In this document: positions 1-14,200 of the stretch, in pieces
Numbering within the stretch: position 1 is the stretch's first letter
Layout of the letters: each line of letters opens with the position of its first letter
DNA from: Girardia tigrina
Lineage: Eukaryota
Assembly: GCA_001938485.1 (NCBI GenBank)
Contig: MQRK01218349.1
Coordinates: 1 to 53,428 of the forward strand
DNA: 53,428 nucleotides
Reading direction: 5' to 3'
The notes under the pieces: model-generated
Database searches by the model: none
Told to the model about the DNA's origin: nothing
The model's input: the letters and a program-made list of their open reading frames with translations, nothing else
Translations under genes and position numbers: made by a program

Positions 1-99
1 CAAATTCCGATTTATCATAAAATTATTATTATGAAATATGAATAATATAAAAATTTAAAAATATACATTAAAAAACGAAAAAATTATATTTTTTTATTT

Positions 100-161
100 T
101 TCATCACTTGAAAAAGGTGTCGGTACGCCGTACCGGCGCGTACCGTCACAAAAAAGCACTG
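100..161. mobile_element. Terminus of a hAT-like DNA element abutting/interrupting the mariner
   Basis: GC-rich subterminal GTACCG repeats ending ...CACAAAAAAGCACTG (reverse complement CAGTGCTTTTTTGTG); mariner coding sequence starts immediately after. The other end is outside the window. Confidence 0.4.
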
Positions 162-1100
162 TGGACCATTACTGAAAACAGGGCTTAAACGCAACTGCAG
201 CAACAAAGAAGATATGCGAAGTTGAAGGTGATAATGTGGTCTCAAATCGTACTGCACAAAATTGGGTCAAAAGGTTCAACAAAGACGACATTGATCTCGG
301 AGACAATGCACGTTCAGGTCAACCTATCACCGTAGATTTCGGAGCAATTCGTGAAGCNGTCGAGACAAATCCGTCAATAAGTACTCGCAGATTGTCGGCC
401 GAACTCGATATTCCTCAAACATCCATTGTACGACACCTTCACACTCTTGGCAATGTCAATAGACGATGTCGAGAAGTGCCTCATGAATTGACACAAATTC
501 AAGCCGAAAAGCATTTCCAAACATGTCAAAAATTGCTTGAAAATCCGCGCGATGACCGTTTCATCCGACGAATTGTAACTTGCGATGAAAAGTGGGTTTA
601 TTTCAGTAAGCCAGACCAACAAAATCAATGGTTGGACCCCGGACAAATGGCGAAACCGGTAGCGAAACGAGATCGTTTCTCCAGGAAGGCACTTTTGTGT
701 GTTTGGTGGAATTTCGAAGGCGTGATTCACTTCGAGTTGGTTCCAAATGGTTGACCATCGACCCTGAACTTTACTGCGCTCAACTTGATCGAATGTATGC
801 GACACTTGGCGAGAAATACCCCGCTTTGATCAATCGAAAGCGAGTTCTTCTACAACAGGACAATGCAAAACCGTACACCGCTAAACAAACAAAGGAAAAA
901 ATCAAAAATCTCGACGCCTTTGAACTTCTTCCACACCCAGCGTATAGTTCGGATCTTGCGCCATCCGACTATCACCTTTTCCGTTCTATGGCACACTTTC
1001 TTCGTGGTCGCAGCTTCAATAATCTGGCCGAGGTCGAAAACGGGTGGCACCAGTTCTTCACTTCTAAGAACAAGTATTGGTACCGCAGCGGGATCGCAAA
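162..1100 (+). mobile_element. Mariner transposase pseudogene
   Basis: HTH, EVPHEL, TCDEKW, QQDNA and HPAYSSDLAPSDYHLF motifs; stop/frameshift near 752; C-terminus and TIRs not seen. Confidence 0.92.
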
Positions 1101-2230
1101 AATTGAAAAAAGAGAAATATGTAAAGTTGGATTAAATTAAGAAATTAATAAATCTATGTGATGTGTGTTCAAAGAACTGCCAGCCCCTCTAGAAAAGTAT
1201 CAACTTGCACAAATATCAACTGATAAAGTGTGGTACAAACTTTATAACTGCTTCACCTTTTTCAACGATGTAGCATATTTGACGATATTTAACTAAGCAA
1301 AAAGGTTTTGTATTTAGAGAAATGTTTGTAATGAAGCCGATGAGGAAATTATTTGGCATATAGAAAGTATATTTTAAGAATTTGGACCACCTAAACGCTT
1401 CTTTCCTGCTTCCAGAAGTACCACAATGAGACAGTAAATGGATAAATGGAAAATTGAACAAGGTTTTACATCAGCCTATCGACCTCCAAACCATAAAACA
1501 AAAATTATATAATTATTTGTTATTTATGTTAAGAAAAACTGTAATTTTGTGATTTTTTATAATCATTTATTTTTATTTTCTTAAAAAATATAATGTATTT
1601 AAAATAATAATAATATTAATATAATATTATTATACAAATTAACAAATATTCGTTCATAAAAAAATAATATTAAACTAATATTCGTTAATAACTTATAATT
1701 CAAATATTATATGAGATATTAAATTTGTAAAGGTGAAATCATATATGAAATCATTTATTCAAGTTTATAAAAAATTATTCTCATAAACTGAAGGACGTGA
1801 TTTTTAATATTCATTTTACAATGTGCTGTTAATAATAAAATAGGTTAGCCATTCATTAATAAAATAAACTTATACAAAATTTACGTGTAGTAATACGCTA
1901 GTCTATTACAATCAAAATTAAGTTAATATAAACTTTTATGACTACGACAAGTATACATGTGAATGAGTATTGATTATTAATTATTTTCCATTAATTCTAC
2001 AGAAAGTAATTGAAGTTTGAGAATGATCATTCCTATCCAGCTAAATTGAATGCCAACAATCAATTATTAGATTTGTGTGCCTATTTTACTTAACTGAATT
2101 CCTTTTATAACATTCAATTTTTGTTTTGTACACCTAATTAAGACATTCTGTATAAATAATCGTTGGTCGCATATGTCTGTTATTAAAATAATGTTCATTT
2201 TTTTCTAATTATTGATCACCTGAAAAAACA

Positions 2231-2251
2231 ATGAAGGAACTTAAGAGAAAG
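2231..2251 (+). CDS. DEG/ENaC putative exon 1 (MKELKRK)
   Basis: AAAAACA-ATG followed by AAG|GTAATA donor; phase 0 matches the acceptor at 5995. Short exon with no homology support. Confidence 0.5.
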
Positions 2252-5200
2252 GTAATAATTATTGTATTCTTTATATTGTGACATTGTTTTCGTATCATAA
2301 AAAGAAAAATATTTATAAAAAAGTACGATAAATAATGTACCTTTTAAATTTTGATCAAATATATTAAGTGTCCTATATATCATTAATTTTACAAATATTA
2401 GATAAATTAGAAAACATTGAAGTTTAAATTAAATGATTTTCATTATTAAATTAATACTCCCTCTGTTGCGAAATAATGTTTACATATTATCATGACTTTT
2501 TGTTCCAAAATAATGTATACATTTACAAACTTTTACACCCAAGAAGTAAATCATACTGAAAAGCATTTATTATAATTATTGAAACGAATTTTAATACTCC
2601 ATTATTTACAATATTTTATTTAAGATGAGGGGTCAGTATTCATATTTACAGGGTCTGCTCATCAATATTTTGCCGTGCCATGAGAATCGCTTCTGGTCTG
2701 CACGTTAGAGATGCTGGTAGAGTACCATTGTTGCGAAGCTTTGCTTTACCGATATGCGGTAACTTATAATTATTTCCTCTCTTCGCAAGCATCGTCTCCT
2801 CCATGCATTGCTGAAGTGTTAAAAATATATTATCCAGCTTATCTGGGTGTAGCTCATCGAAAGCCTTACTCACACAGGTAATCAGTTCGTCAATGGTCTT
2901 CGGAGAATGCTGATGTTGAATGGATTGAATGGCATTGAAGAACTCGAGATCCAATACGTTCATGTCGGGATTATTAGGTGGTTGGTTTTTAAACATAATG
3001 GTAAACCCATCTCTTGTTCCCTCTTCAAATATATCTGGATCATCTTTGTTGAACCTAAATGACATTATTTGATTGGGGAAGCTTTGCCCTGATCGCTGGA
3101 AGCACATTTTGCACTATCATTTTTTTACATTCCTGCGCATTGATCGATTCAATACTTTTTTGTGACGTAAGTACCCTTTGTTCGGTTCTTGCTACTTCTT
3201 TTGGCTGCCTCTTTATACACAAATGACCAGATGCCAATCTTACCATTAAAATAATCCTCAGAACCAACATCACCTCTGGGCCTCGCAACAGCTGCCATAA
3301 ACATCACCTTTGTGATGAATCTTTTGCTTTGGCATGTTCTGTGGGGAACCTCTTTATCCATGGTCAAGTAATAGTTACGCTTGACTTTCGAAAGGTAGAA
3401 CCATTTCTCATCAATATGAACATGATTGCAAAAATTCTCGAAGCACCCATCTGGTTTTACATAGGACAGGCGAAACTTCAGGCGGTCGATTTTATTTCTA
3501 TCCGTTAGTAATGACTTTGCTGTGGATGAAACCCGTTTTAATAACTTACGCTCCTTCAAATTCCTGAATAATGTTGTTTTTGGAATACCGTTGGCACACG
3601 ATAGACTTCGAAGGCTTCCTGGCCGGTTTTGAGGAATGTTCATGATGTCTTTTAATTTATCATCATAGTTTTTCTTTTTTTCGTTCACAATTTCTTTTCA
3701 TTGATAATGAGTCAACAACAATTTCACATCTTCGAAGTTGATCAGAAGCATTTCTCCAGAGTTTCGAAATCGAAACTCTGGACACGTTGTACTTAGCGGA
3801 AATTTCATTTATGGCTCCATGCTTCAGCTTGAGAGGATATCTGCTGAACATATTCATTAGAAAATCTTGAAAAATCGCACTCCTTTCTTCATTAGACAAA
3901 TGATAAGTTGGACGTAAATTTTCTGTAGTTATTTTCGATTTGTTAGCATAACTGTCGCCAAACAGGCAATAAAATTACTCATAGTTTAATTAATTTGTGA
4001 TGATTAATCACTGATGATTAAGTGCACCATAAAAGTGTAAAACGTTGTTTATTTTGTGATTGATGTCAATTTAACGTGGTAAATACCGCAAATTCATAAT
4101 TTTTCTAATTTGTGTTAAACGCTGCAATTTTCTTTACTAGAAAGGTCTAACTTGATAAAATTCTTTTATGAAGTGCCGAAAACGAGAAAAGGAAAGCATG
4201 ACATAAATGTTGTTAAAAAATGCGACTTGTAACCATGGAAATTTTTGTTGGTCCTGACGTGCAAGATCTTTATCTATCCTGATAATCGAAAAGATTGGTC
4301 CCAAATGTAAACATTATTTTGGAACAGAGGGAGTATATTTTAAAACAAGATAATTTTAAAAGAATAAAATAATTTTTTGAAAATAAATCAAAATAATTGA
4401 TAAGGATAATAAGCCATCTCCGACTGGACGGATAACTGAGTATCGTAGAGACTACAGTACCAGAATTTGCGTACAAACTGATGATAATGTTTCTGATAAC
4501 AATACTTTAATAATTTGAAAAAAAATAATGAAATAAGTCAAAATATTTAGATAATTCAGTTAAAAAAGAAAAATTCATGATGGCTTTTGTAGAGAAAATG
4601 ATAAACAGGCTACATAAAAAATTGAAGGAAATACTATTGAAATATTTTACTACGGAATCGGAATTGAGATTGCTGAGGTCTCTGTGGCGGTGACCCGACA
4701 AAATAACTCCAACAAAATAGTGCTAATAATAATCCATTATTCAATTTATAAACTTTTATTTGAAAAAAAAACAAAATAAAATTGATTTACTAAATGTATT
4801 TTTATTACAAAGTCAAATTGAAAGCGTAGAAATTTGATCAGTGGTTTTTTGCCATAAGTTGGCAACAAAGCAGAAAAAAATTGTTTAGTTGAACATACTT
4901 TGCTTAGCTTGAAGTTTTGCTTCGTTCTCCTGCATTATATCGTTGAATTCTGTTTTCAGTATGTTCTTGTTCTCTTAAAAAATAATTGATCAGCTTGTAG
5001 ACATAAGGGTGACCATAAACATACATCTGAAATGCATGGTGCCATCCCTCCACTAAATTATTTGTTCGTGGTAGATTGTCCTGTCCTCGATCTCGAACGA
5101 TTCACAATGTTACCGAAAATCTCGGACTAACTCTGCTGTTCCATCTCCAGTGACAAATATAGTCATACCACCCAGTAGTCATACAAATTCTCAACAACAT

Positions 5201-8200
5201 CTGGCTGAGTATCATTCAGTTCTTTGAAGGCAGTATACTGATTCAGCAGGTGGAACAAATATAAGGGCTAGCTGCACCTTAACAAATAAACGTACATTTT
5301 CATCATTATTTAAATAATTTAAAATTTATGCAACAAATCTGAAATTAAAATATTAATTGTTAATGATTTTCGATCTCTATTTTAAATCATAGTTTTTTAA
5401 ATGAAAATTAAAAAAATAATAATGGGCGCTATTTCGTCGGGTAACTTTCTGGGGCGATAAAAGAAATGGAAACGAAACTAAAGAATGTCGAAAGGAAAAT
5501 TTTATTGAAACTTGAGAAGCTAAATAATTTTTAAAATATATTAATCGGAGAATCACTAAAGAAAAAGTTTATAACGATTAGAAATTAATTAATATTATTA
5601 GTTGATGAAACAAAAACATGTTGTTTTAGAGAGTTATTTTTTTCCAAGTTATAAATTTATTTATTATTCTGTATCATCTTCAAAGAAATTTTGTAGTTTT
5701 GGTGAAATTCGAATACTTAAATGTTATAAGGTTTAGGTATGCAAGAAACATTAACATTTGTAAATGTATAATAATATGTTCAATAATAATATAATATCCA
5801 TTAACAGCTATAATAATCTCTAAATTTATCTATTGTATTATTATAGTGATAAAAAAGCTATTTAAATACCTTTAGAAACTGAAAATAAATATTTTTTTTA
5901 AATTATCAATATTAAAGTTTTAAAGGATATAATAATATTTAATACTTTTATTAATCTTCATGTAAAATATTTTTATAATTTAATATTTCGTTAAGAAACT
6001 AGAAGATGTACTCGGTGAAGAAGCCACAAGTATGCTTAATAACACAAGTTGCCTGGCTATCGGGAACATTTTTATCAGAAATCATCCTTTACTAAAGACT
6101 CTGTGGTGTATTGCTTTTATTCTGTGTACGATACTTACTATAAGGCAATTGTATAGTCTTAGTAATAGCTATTTTTCATATCCTCTAAGCACAGTAATTC
6201 GACTTCAGTCTGAGCCAATAGACTTTCCAAGTATAACATTCTGCAATCTGAATCCTTTGCAATACAATAAACTTAATTTGAGCAAACCAAATTTACAGAG
6301 GTTTTTCAAGAATTTAGAAGATAGACCATTTGTTAAAGATGTAAGTTTGAATCATATTAATAATGTCCGGGAAACCTTTTAATTATTATTATAAACTATC
6401 AAAATAATTGATGAAATAAATTGATTATATTGTTAATGGATTAATTGATTATATTTAATGGATCATCTTGAAAAGATACCATACTTAAATCATTGTACGC
6501 GGCTCTTCTACTAAATTCTAATGTGTTAAAGCTGTTTTGACCCGGATAATAAGAACTCCACCATATGTGATTTTCTCAACAATAGATCGAATTAAAAGAA
6601 ATGATCTGAGTACCAGATCGCTGCTTTAAGCCATGTCACCTAACGCCGACTCAGGTGATTGAACGCTTTCATCAAAAAGCAGACGACGATCACGATTTTT
6701 AATAAGACCTATTATAACATTAAAGAAAGCATTGTTTCAATGAAATACAACTTTTAAAATAAAATTCTCGTTTTTTATTTTTTTTGAATATTTATTACAT
6801 AAAAAAATGAACAATTAGAATTTTTCAATTTTTTGACAGAACGTCAAATTTAGACCTTATTTTGACTTAATAACGTCCTTCGCAACGTACTTGTGCTTAA
6901 AAAGTAACAGATTTGTTCATAATTTTAAAAATAGCTTTGTATTTCAATTTTGACTTTATTGACTTATGGTCACCCTGCACATTTCCAAATACTAAACTCA
7001 ACATACAAAATTCAACATACCAATTTTAACATACCAAATTAAAAATACTCCTCACAGGGTTATTAAATCAATGAATTAACATAAAAAATAATGCAGTGGA
7101 GCTAAATCATACGAATGAGAAGATTTTTTTAATACAAATAAATAAAGGATTAAAATATTGAAAAAAATTGAATAATTAAATTAAGGAAATTATCTTAAAA
7201 CAATGAAACTAAATTTAGAATAATAGATACTATTAAGGACACAGACTGATTTTGATAAGATTTATTGGTATGAAAAAAATCAGTGATCAGTCTCTGATTG
7301 TACATTTTAAAATTCTGCGAAAACAACCAATATTTAAACAAACTGTCATTATAAATTTTTTAAAAATTAAATTAATTAATTTTAAGACAGTTTCCAAAAA
7401 TACTAATTGTTTGGGAGAGTTCGCATTTTAATTCACGTCACACAAACATACATTTACATTAAACATTTCATACAAACATTGATAATTTCAGACATACCTT
7501 ACATCCCCCTCTCTTTAAATGGTTTCAACCATTCTACATTTCTTATCAATGTTTTACCGCCTTCAAACAGAAGTTCATAATTTCTCTGATGCAACTTTTT
7601 GTAATTATAACCGGACCAATGTATCGATTTGCACTTTTATTCATTGTTTCTGATTTTATTAGCACTTTTTCTCAAATATCGAAATATCTTATTGTTGGAT
7701 ATCTTTCACCTATATTCTTATCTTTGTCTTTGATGTTTTTTATGGCTTCTTTCCTTGCATAGTGACTAACAGTATTATGATTTATCCACCAATGTTTGAT
7801 CTTTCTTCCAAAAACGATTTGAGCTGGTGAAACTCCTGTGGTATTCTGAATAGTAGCAATTTAACATAAACTCTACTTCAGGCAATAATTCAACCCAATC
7901 TCTATGTGTACTGTCTTGCAATCGAATATACAGTGCGTCTCTAACAGTTCTAAATTGCCTCTCTGTAATTCCGCTGATATTGTGATGTTAGGGACTTGAA
8001 TACACAATTTTTATTTTAAACTTTTCCGCTATTTCTTTGAATACTTTTGATTCAAAAGTTTTCCCCCGATCAGCATGAATCTCCTGAGGTGGATCATATT
8101 TCCATATCCAATTATTCAGCAATATTCTGGTTGTTGTTTTATCATCTTGGTGTCCGACGGGATTTAGACTGATAATTATGCTAAAATGGTCAATAATGTC

Positions 8201-11200
8201 CAAAATATATTGATGAGTATGAAAACTCTTTTTAAGTGGACCAAAAAAATCTATGAATATCTTTTGGAACGGATCCTCAGCTGACTGTTTGATAGTTGCT
8301 TCTTTGGTTTTCATTGTTAAAACTTTCCTTTTTGACAATTTAAACAGCTTTGTGTTACGCTCTTCACTATTTCCTTCATTTCTTTCATGTCAAAATCATC
8401 ACGTACATAATTGTAAGTTTTTTATTGCCAGTATGGCAAAGCATTTTAAGAATTTCTTCTATGAATTCTATTCTTTTCTCTTGTGGTATCCAAATTTTGT
8501 TATCAGTAGACAAAACTATTCCATCTTTTATTAACGATTTTGATGTTTTATGTATATTTTCTTCGATTTCTTTGATTTCTTTGTCGTCTTTTTGCCATTT
8601 AAATTCCTCCATTTCTTCGTTAAATGCCAATATTTTGATTTTGATTTTACTTCTTTTGGCCTCTTCGTGAATAATTTGACATTGCGTGTATAAATCAATT
8701 AAGTTCCTTGATAATGTATCAACGTTTGAATGATTACTTCCTTTTCTGTATTCCATATCCATCTCTAAACTACTTAGAAAGTTGATCCACATATGGAACT
8801 GAGGGGTGATCGGTTTCTTTGTCGTAAGCATAAATATGATGGTCTTATGATCAGTTCTCAAAAAATTTCTTTTCATATAAAAAGTGTTTGAAATCTTGGG
8901 TTAAATAAAATACAGCCAACAATTCTTTTCTGGTAATACAGTAACCTAACTCATGCTTATTCATTTTGTGGGACCCATAAGTAATTACATTTTCGTGACT
9001 AAATTCATTTTTCTGTGAAAAAACTGCACCAATTGCATCAGTATTCAAAATAAATTGTTTGTTAAAATCGGGATACGCTAAAACCAGTGCCTTCGTCATT
9101 TGTACCTTTAAATTTTCAAGAGTAGTGTTACATTCCTCACTCCATTGCAGTTTCTTTTCCTGGTTTTTGCCACATAAACTTTCTAAAATTTTAGCATGCT
9201 TTGCATAATCTTTTATGAATTTTCTATAATAGTTTGTGAGTCCTAAGAAACTTCGAAGATGTTTAATGCACGAAAGACTTTTAAAATTCTTAATGGCTTC
9301 TACTTTATCTTCATCTGTCTGAATACCATTTTCACTTATTATGTATCCCAAATTTTTCGTTTTTCGTACTAAGAATTGACATTTATCTGGGTTTATTTTT
9401 AAGCCTGGTTCTTTTATTCTTCTCATGACATTTTCTAATCTTCTTAAGTGTTCTTCCTTATTTTTTGCAAATATTTAAATATCATCCAAGTAAACCATAG
9501 CCTCCTTCCAATTGAGATCTCCTAGAACTTTCTCCATCAATTCCTGAAATGTTGCTGGGGCAGCTGCGATTCCAAATGGTATCCTTTTGAAACAATATTG
9601 GCCGTCTCTGGTTGAAAAAGCAGTTTTAAGTCTTGATTCCTCCTCAAACTCTATCTGGTAATAAGCGATTTCTTGATCTATTGTATTAAAATATTTTGAT
9701 CCATATAAAGTGTTCATCATATCGTCCACATTTGGGATATGAAAGGCTGGTCTTAATGTAATTTTATTAAGTTGTCTAAAATCGATACATAATCTAATGT
9801 CTTGTTTATCCTTTTCCAGATGCATACTAGGGGAAATTCCATGGTAAATTGAATCGTACTATTATTTCATTTCTTTCTAAATTTTTATTCACTTCATCAA
9901 GTTTAGCTTCGAGATGTCTTGGTTGTCTATACGGTTTAACCAAAACTGGTTCACCCTGCGTATCAATTTTGTGTTTCGTAAGATTAGTTTTTCCTACTTG
10001 TCAGCAATAAATACGTCTCTATAATTCAACAAAATTTCCATCACATCATAATTATTTTAAGTGAGACACTTACGATTTTTTTCTTTTTTCTCGATCTCCT
10101 TATTAGTACTATTCATGACAAAAAGTTTATTATCTTCAGTTTTCCTTAGCACAATTTTAAACTGTTTTAGAAAATCCATTGCAGCTATTATTTCGGGATG
10201 AATTTCTTCAACCACATAGAATTATATTTCTTCCGTTTCGTTTCCTATATTTACATTTAATTTTACAGTTCCAAAATTTCTTAATTCAGAATCATTTGCG
10301 CAGAAAATGCGCCTATTTGTCTTAATTATTTTTAAGTTATTCATATTTTTAATAATTTCAGCTTTAAGTACATGTACTTGGGCTCCTGTATCTAATAAAC
10401 ACTCTACTACTTTATCATTAACTTTTAAACTTATACTTGGTCGGCCATTCATTTTGTGATATCTAATTTTGAAGAACTCAGTGTTCATGTAATTATGAGT
10501 TTTCTCAGCAATTTTTATATTTTTAATGTCTTTATAGTTCATAGTAAAACATTCCACTTCTTTAGATTTTATTTTAAACTTACTTAATTCACACCATTCG
10601 TCAGGGATATAACCAAGATCACACACACATATGCATTCATACAATCAAACATACACATACCTGTTATTCCATTCAGTGAAACACATTGATCAAATCTCTC
10701 TGTGATCGTGCATCTTCGTTTCCCGAACCATTGTTGTAGTTATATCTTTCATCTTTGTAGTTTGTGTATCCCTGGTATCGAGAATTGTCGGCATCAGAGA
10801 CACTGTCTGTTTCTTTGTAATTAACCTCTGCCACTGGAAAAGAAAGTCTCGAATTCTGTTTTCCTCCAATATCATCTTCATGTGATCTCCTGTTGTACCA
10901 AATTTGACTTCTATTATAAGGTGTTTGTCTTCGCTCATTGAATCGACTTGTATTTTGATAGCATTGAATTCTATTGTGGCCCTTCTTTCGACAGTGGGAA
11001 CATTTCACATTCGGACAATAAATTCTAATGTGCCCTTCTTCGTTACAAGCTCAGCATTTGACATTGTATCTTCTGTTGAAATATCTTTGATCGTTTGCTA
11101 AGGTCTGGTTGTGATCTGATTCTTTTTTGCGAATTTTCAAATCTCTTTCAGCTCTTCTTTCATTATAATTATTTCTTTTTTCATATCTGTTACTTTGAAT

Positions 11201-14200
11201 TTCCATCCTTGGATATTTCAGTTTTTGGGAAACAGTATAATCAGAAATCGGATTAGCTACTTCAATCTTCTGAAAACGACGCACTCGATTAATAACTTCT
11301 TTAATATCTTTTGTTTCTGATGCTCCTCTCAAAATCATTCCCTTTTTTATTTCATAGTTATCAATAATATTTAAATATACCGCATTTGATAACTCTTTCT
11401 TGGAAAGCTTCTTATCTGCTAACTGTTTTATAATTTCATCGGCTTTTTAAATATGGCTTCTGGATTATTATCACCGATTTTCAAGTTTACCGATTCGTTC
11501 ATCATATCCAGAATTGTTTTTGACCTTGAAAATACTACTTGTAATTTCTCTCGATAGTCCTTTCGGGCAGCATTTTCGTTCTTGATTAAAGCTTTTGGAG
11601 ATAGAAAAGCTGTGAAAATGATAATTTTATTTCTTCAGTTAATCCAGTTAATTTGAAAAATCTCTCGAACTCCAATTTGTTAGAATCTCCGTCAAATACT
11701 TCAGGGCCTCTGATATTCAGATTCAGATTGTCCGTGTTCGCCATATTAAGGAAACAAGACTGATTTTGATAAGATTTGGTTTGAAAAAAATCAGTGATCA
11801 GTCTCTGATTGTACATTTTAAAATTATGTGAAAACAACCAATATTTAAACAAACTGTCTTTTATCAATTTTTTAAAAATTAAATTAATTAATTTTATTTT
11901 AAGACAGTTTCCGAAAATACTAATTGTTTGGGAGAGTTCGCATTTTAATTCACATCAAACAAGCATACATTTACATCAAACATTTCATACAAACATTTAT
12001 AATTTCAGACATACATTACAGATACAAATTCCAATAATAAAAAGGAAATTCATCATGAAAACGTTTATTAAATAAATAAATTATGTGTTATTGTGTAAAT
12101 ATAATCCATGATATGTGGACGACTTTACGATCATTAATAATCGTTTGAAGTTTTTTTATCAATTTCAATACACTTTGTTCTTTAAGGGCATAAGTGTACT
12201 TGAAAGGTTATGTAAATTCCTCTCCCAGAAAATTAGTGCATTTATTGATAAATAAACTAACAATTTGGGGGAAAATAGATTTATCCAAAATACTTAAGAA
12301 ATTCAAAGGAACGATTTTCTTGGATAATAAAAGCAGGGGTAGATTCAGACTACTATTCCTGGGGGAATTTTTTACCCTATTTAAACAAAAAATAGAAATT
12401 TATGAAATGCATAATTATAGATATTATACTAGTAATTACATTTACCAAACTATCTCTTCAAACAAAAGTACATTATAATTAGAATAACTATTATAAAATT
12501 TTTAAAAACGTCATTTTAAGCTATTTAATTTTACAAAATATATAATTTTTATTTTTTATTTTAAAGATATTGACAAGTCGAAACTGATAGCAGAGTTTTA
12601 TTTTCAAATCAAAACCCTACACTCTCAAAGTTACCACAATTTCTCAGTTCAGACAAACAATCGCAATTAAATCCGATTACTATTTCTCCACACGCGCCCC
12701 TGCCCTCAAGGCACACAAGCAGACACCGCTTGTGCAGTGGGGACCCGATCACCGACACTGGCTTGAATTCCCGTATAGATGAATACATCGAATCTCGCTC
12801 GACGGCGAATAGCTTTTTGTGGCCGCCCCACTGGAGACTCTCCTCACTCTTCTAAATCGCATTCGACGGCTTGTGGCCCGTCCCGATCGCTACTTTCACT
12901 AGTCGCGCGCGGATCACCCATATCCATGATTTTGGTTCGTCCGACATCATCACTGCTCGCCGCGGGTGGGGCCAACCGCTCGTGACTTACGTGGTAGGGT
13001 CTGCCGTCGACTTCTATTTGATGCGGCAGGTGCAATCCGGTAACGGTTGCGCATCTCCACTGTGACATGCACGAATACGGTGGTGCCGGTTTCACAAATA
13101 CTTCATCTCCGATTCGAAATTCGTTAGTTTGTATTTTTCGACTCCGACTGATGTTAGTGAGGTTGAATGCCTTCGGCAATAATAGCCTCTGTCTGTGTGC
13201 AAAGATGGTTGAGGCGGGAATGACGCCACTTGAATTTGGCGTTGCTTTATACCTTGCGACCATCTCATTCACCGGCCTGTTACTATGAGCCACCATTCGT
13301 TTAATAGTCCTGTAGCCGCGTTCCACAATTCCATTTCCGCTCGGACGGTTCACGCATCTGAAATGAGTTTCGATACCCACTCGTTCTAGCAATCTCGACA
13401 CGCCCTGAAAGTGTAATAGTTATTGAGAATTACTTCCTCTGGTGGACCGAATTCGTTCCAGATGTCCGCTTTACTTTCAGTAGTAATTTGGTGACATATC
13501 ATCAATTGCCCGGGCCGCAATCCACCACGGTTAGAAATTTTGCCGCCCCAACATGTATTACATCCACAGCAACTCGGGTCCACGATTTCCTTACCCCGAG
13601 ATCACCTTTCTCCCACTGAATTGGCGATGGGTCGATTGATGCACACTGCTCGCACTACTGAATCACTGCTCTGATTTGGTGTTCTGACACCTTGCACGGA
13701 CCCCATATTTTTCTAACTAGGAACATCGATCTTCTCACTCCGAAATTATGCATCTCGTGGAGTTGCTTAAGACCGTCCACTGATTCCCGTTGATCTCTGA
13801 CAGTTACTGCTGCTGCCACCGTGGGATTTCTCGCCAACGTCCACCAGCTGGCTGGAACCTGAGTCAGCGCGTCCGCTCTGTTTTCTTCTGATCGGGCCAG
13901 TGTTATAGTGACTTTCAATTTCTCTTCCTCGACGACTTGTTTAAATAGGCCCACCCACTGCCTGATTAGAATATCGCTGAGTGCCTGAGATCTAATCGGT
14001 TCGCGTCCCGACAGTGCCGATGAGAGCCATTTGGTGACTGTTGTTGAGTCGGTTAATAATTCTAATTCCCGAATTCGCCATTTGACTCCCTCTTTGAGTG
14101 CGCGATTTGCGGCGTTTAACTCAGCTAAATCGATGTAGTTAGTGTTGTCTTTTTGACGCAACCAGCAGGCATCCTCGATGAAGACGCTCCCTATTTCGAC

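Larger units (their letters stand above)
7231..12020 (-). mobile_element. Full-length degenerate Ty3/Gypsy LTR retrotransposon
   Basis: LTRs 7231..7503 and 11744..12020; 5-bp TSD GATAC (7226-30, 12021-25); PPT next to 7504; PBS TGGCGAACACGG at 11743; gag CCHC knuckle (CSHCRKKGHNRIQC), protease LLDTGA, RT YLDD, RNase H and integrase in Gypsy order with many frameshifts. Confidence 0.95.

Noticed and set aside
4010-4020. CTGATGA hammerhead core motifs (also ~16725, 39151, 42084, 42825)
   Set aside because: No flanking stems with a properly placed GAAA were found by eye.
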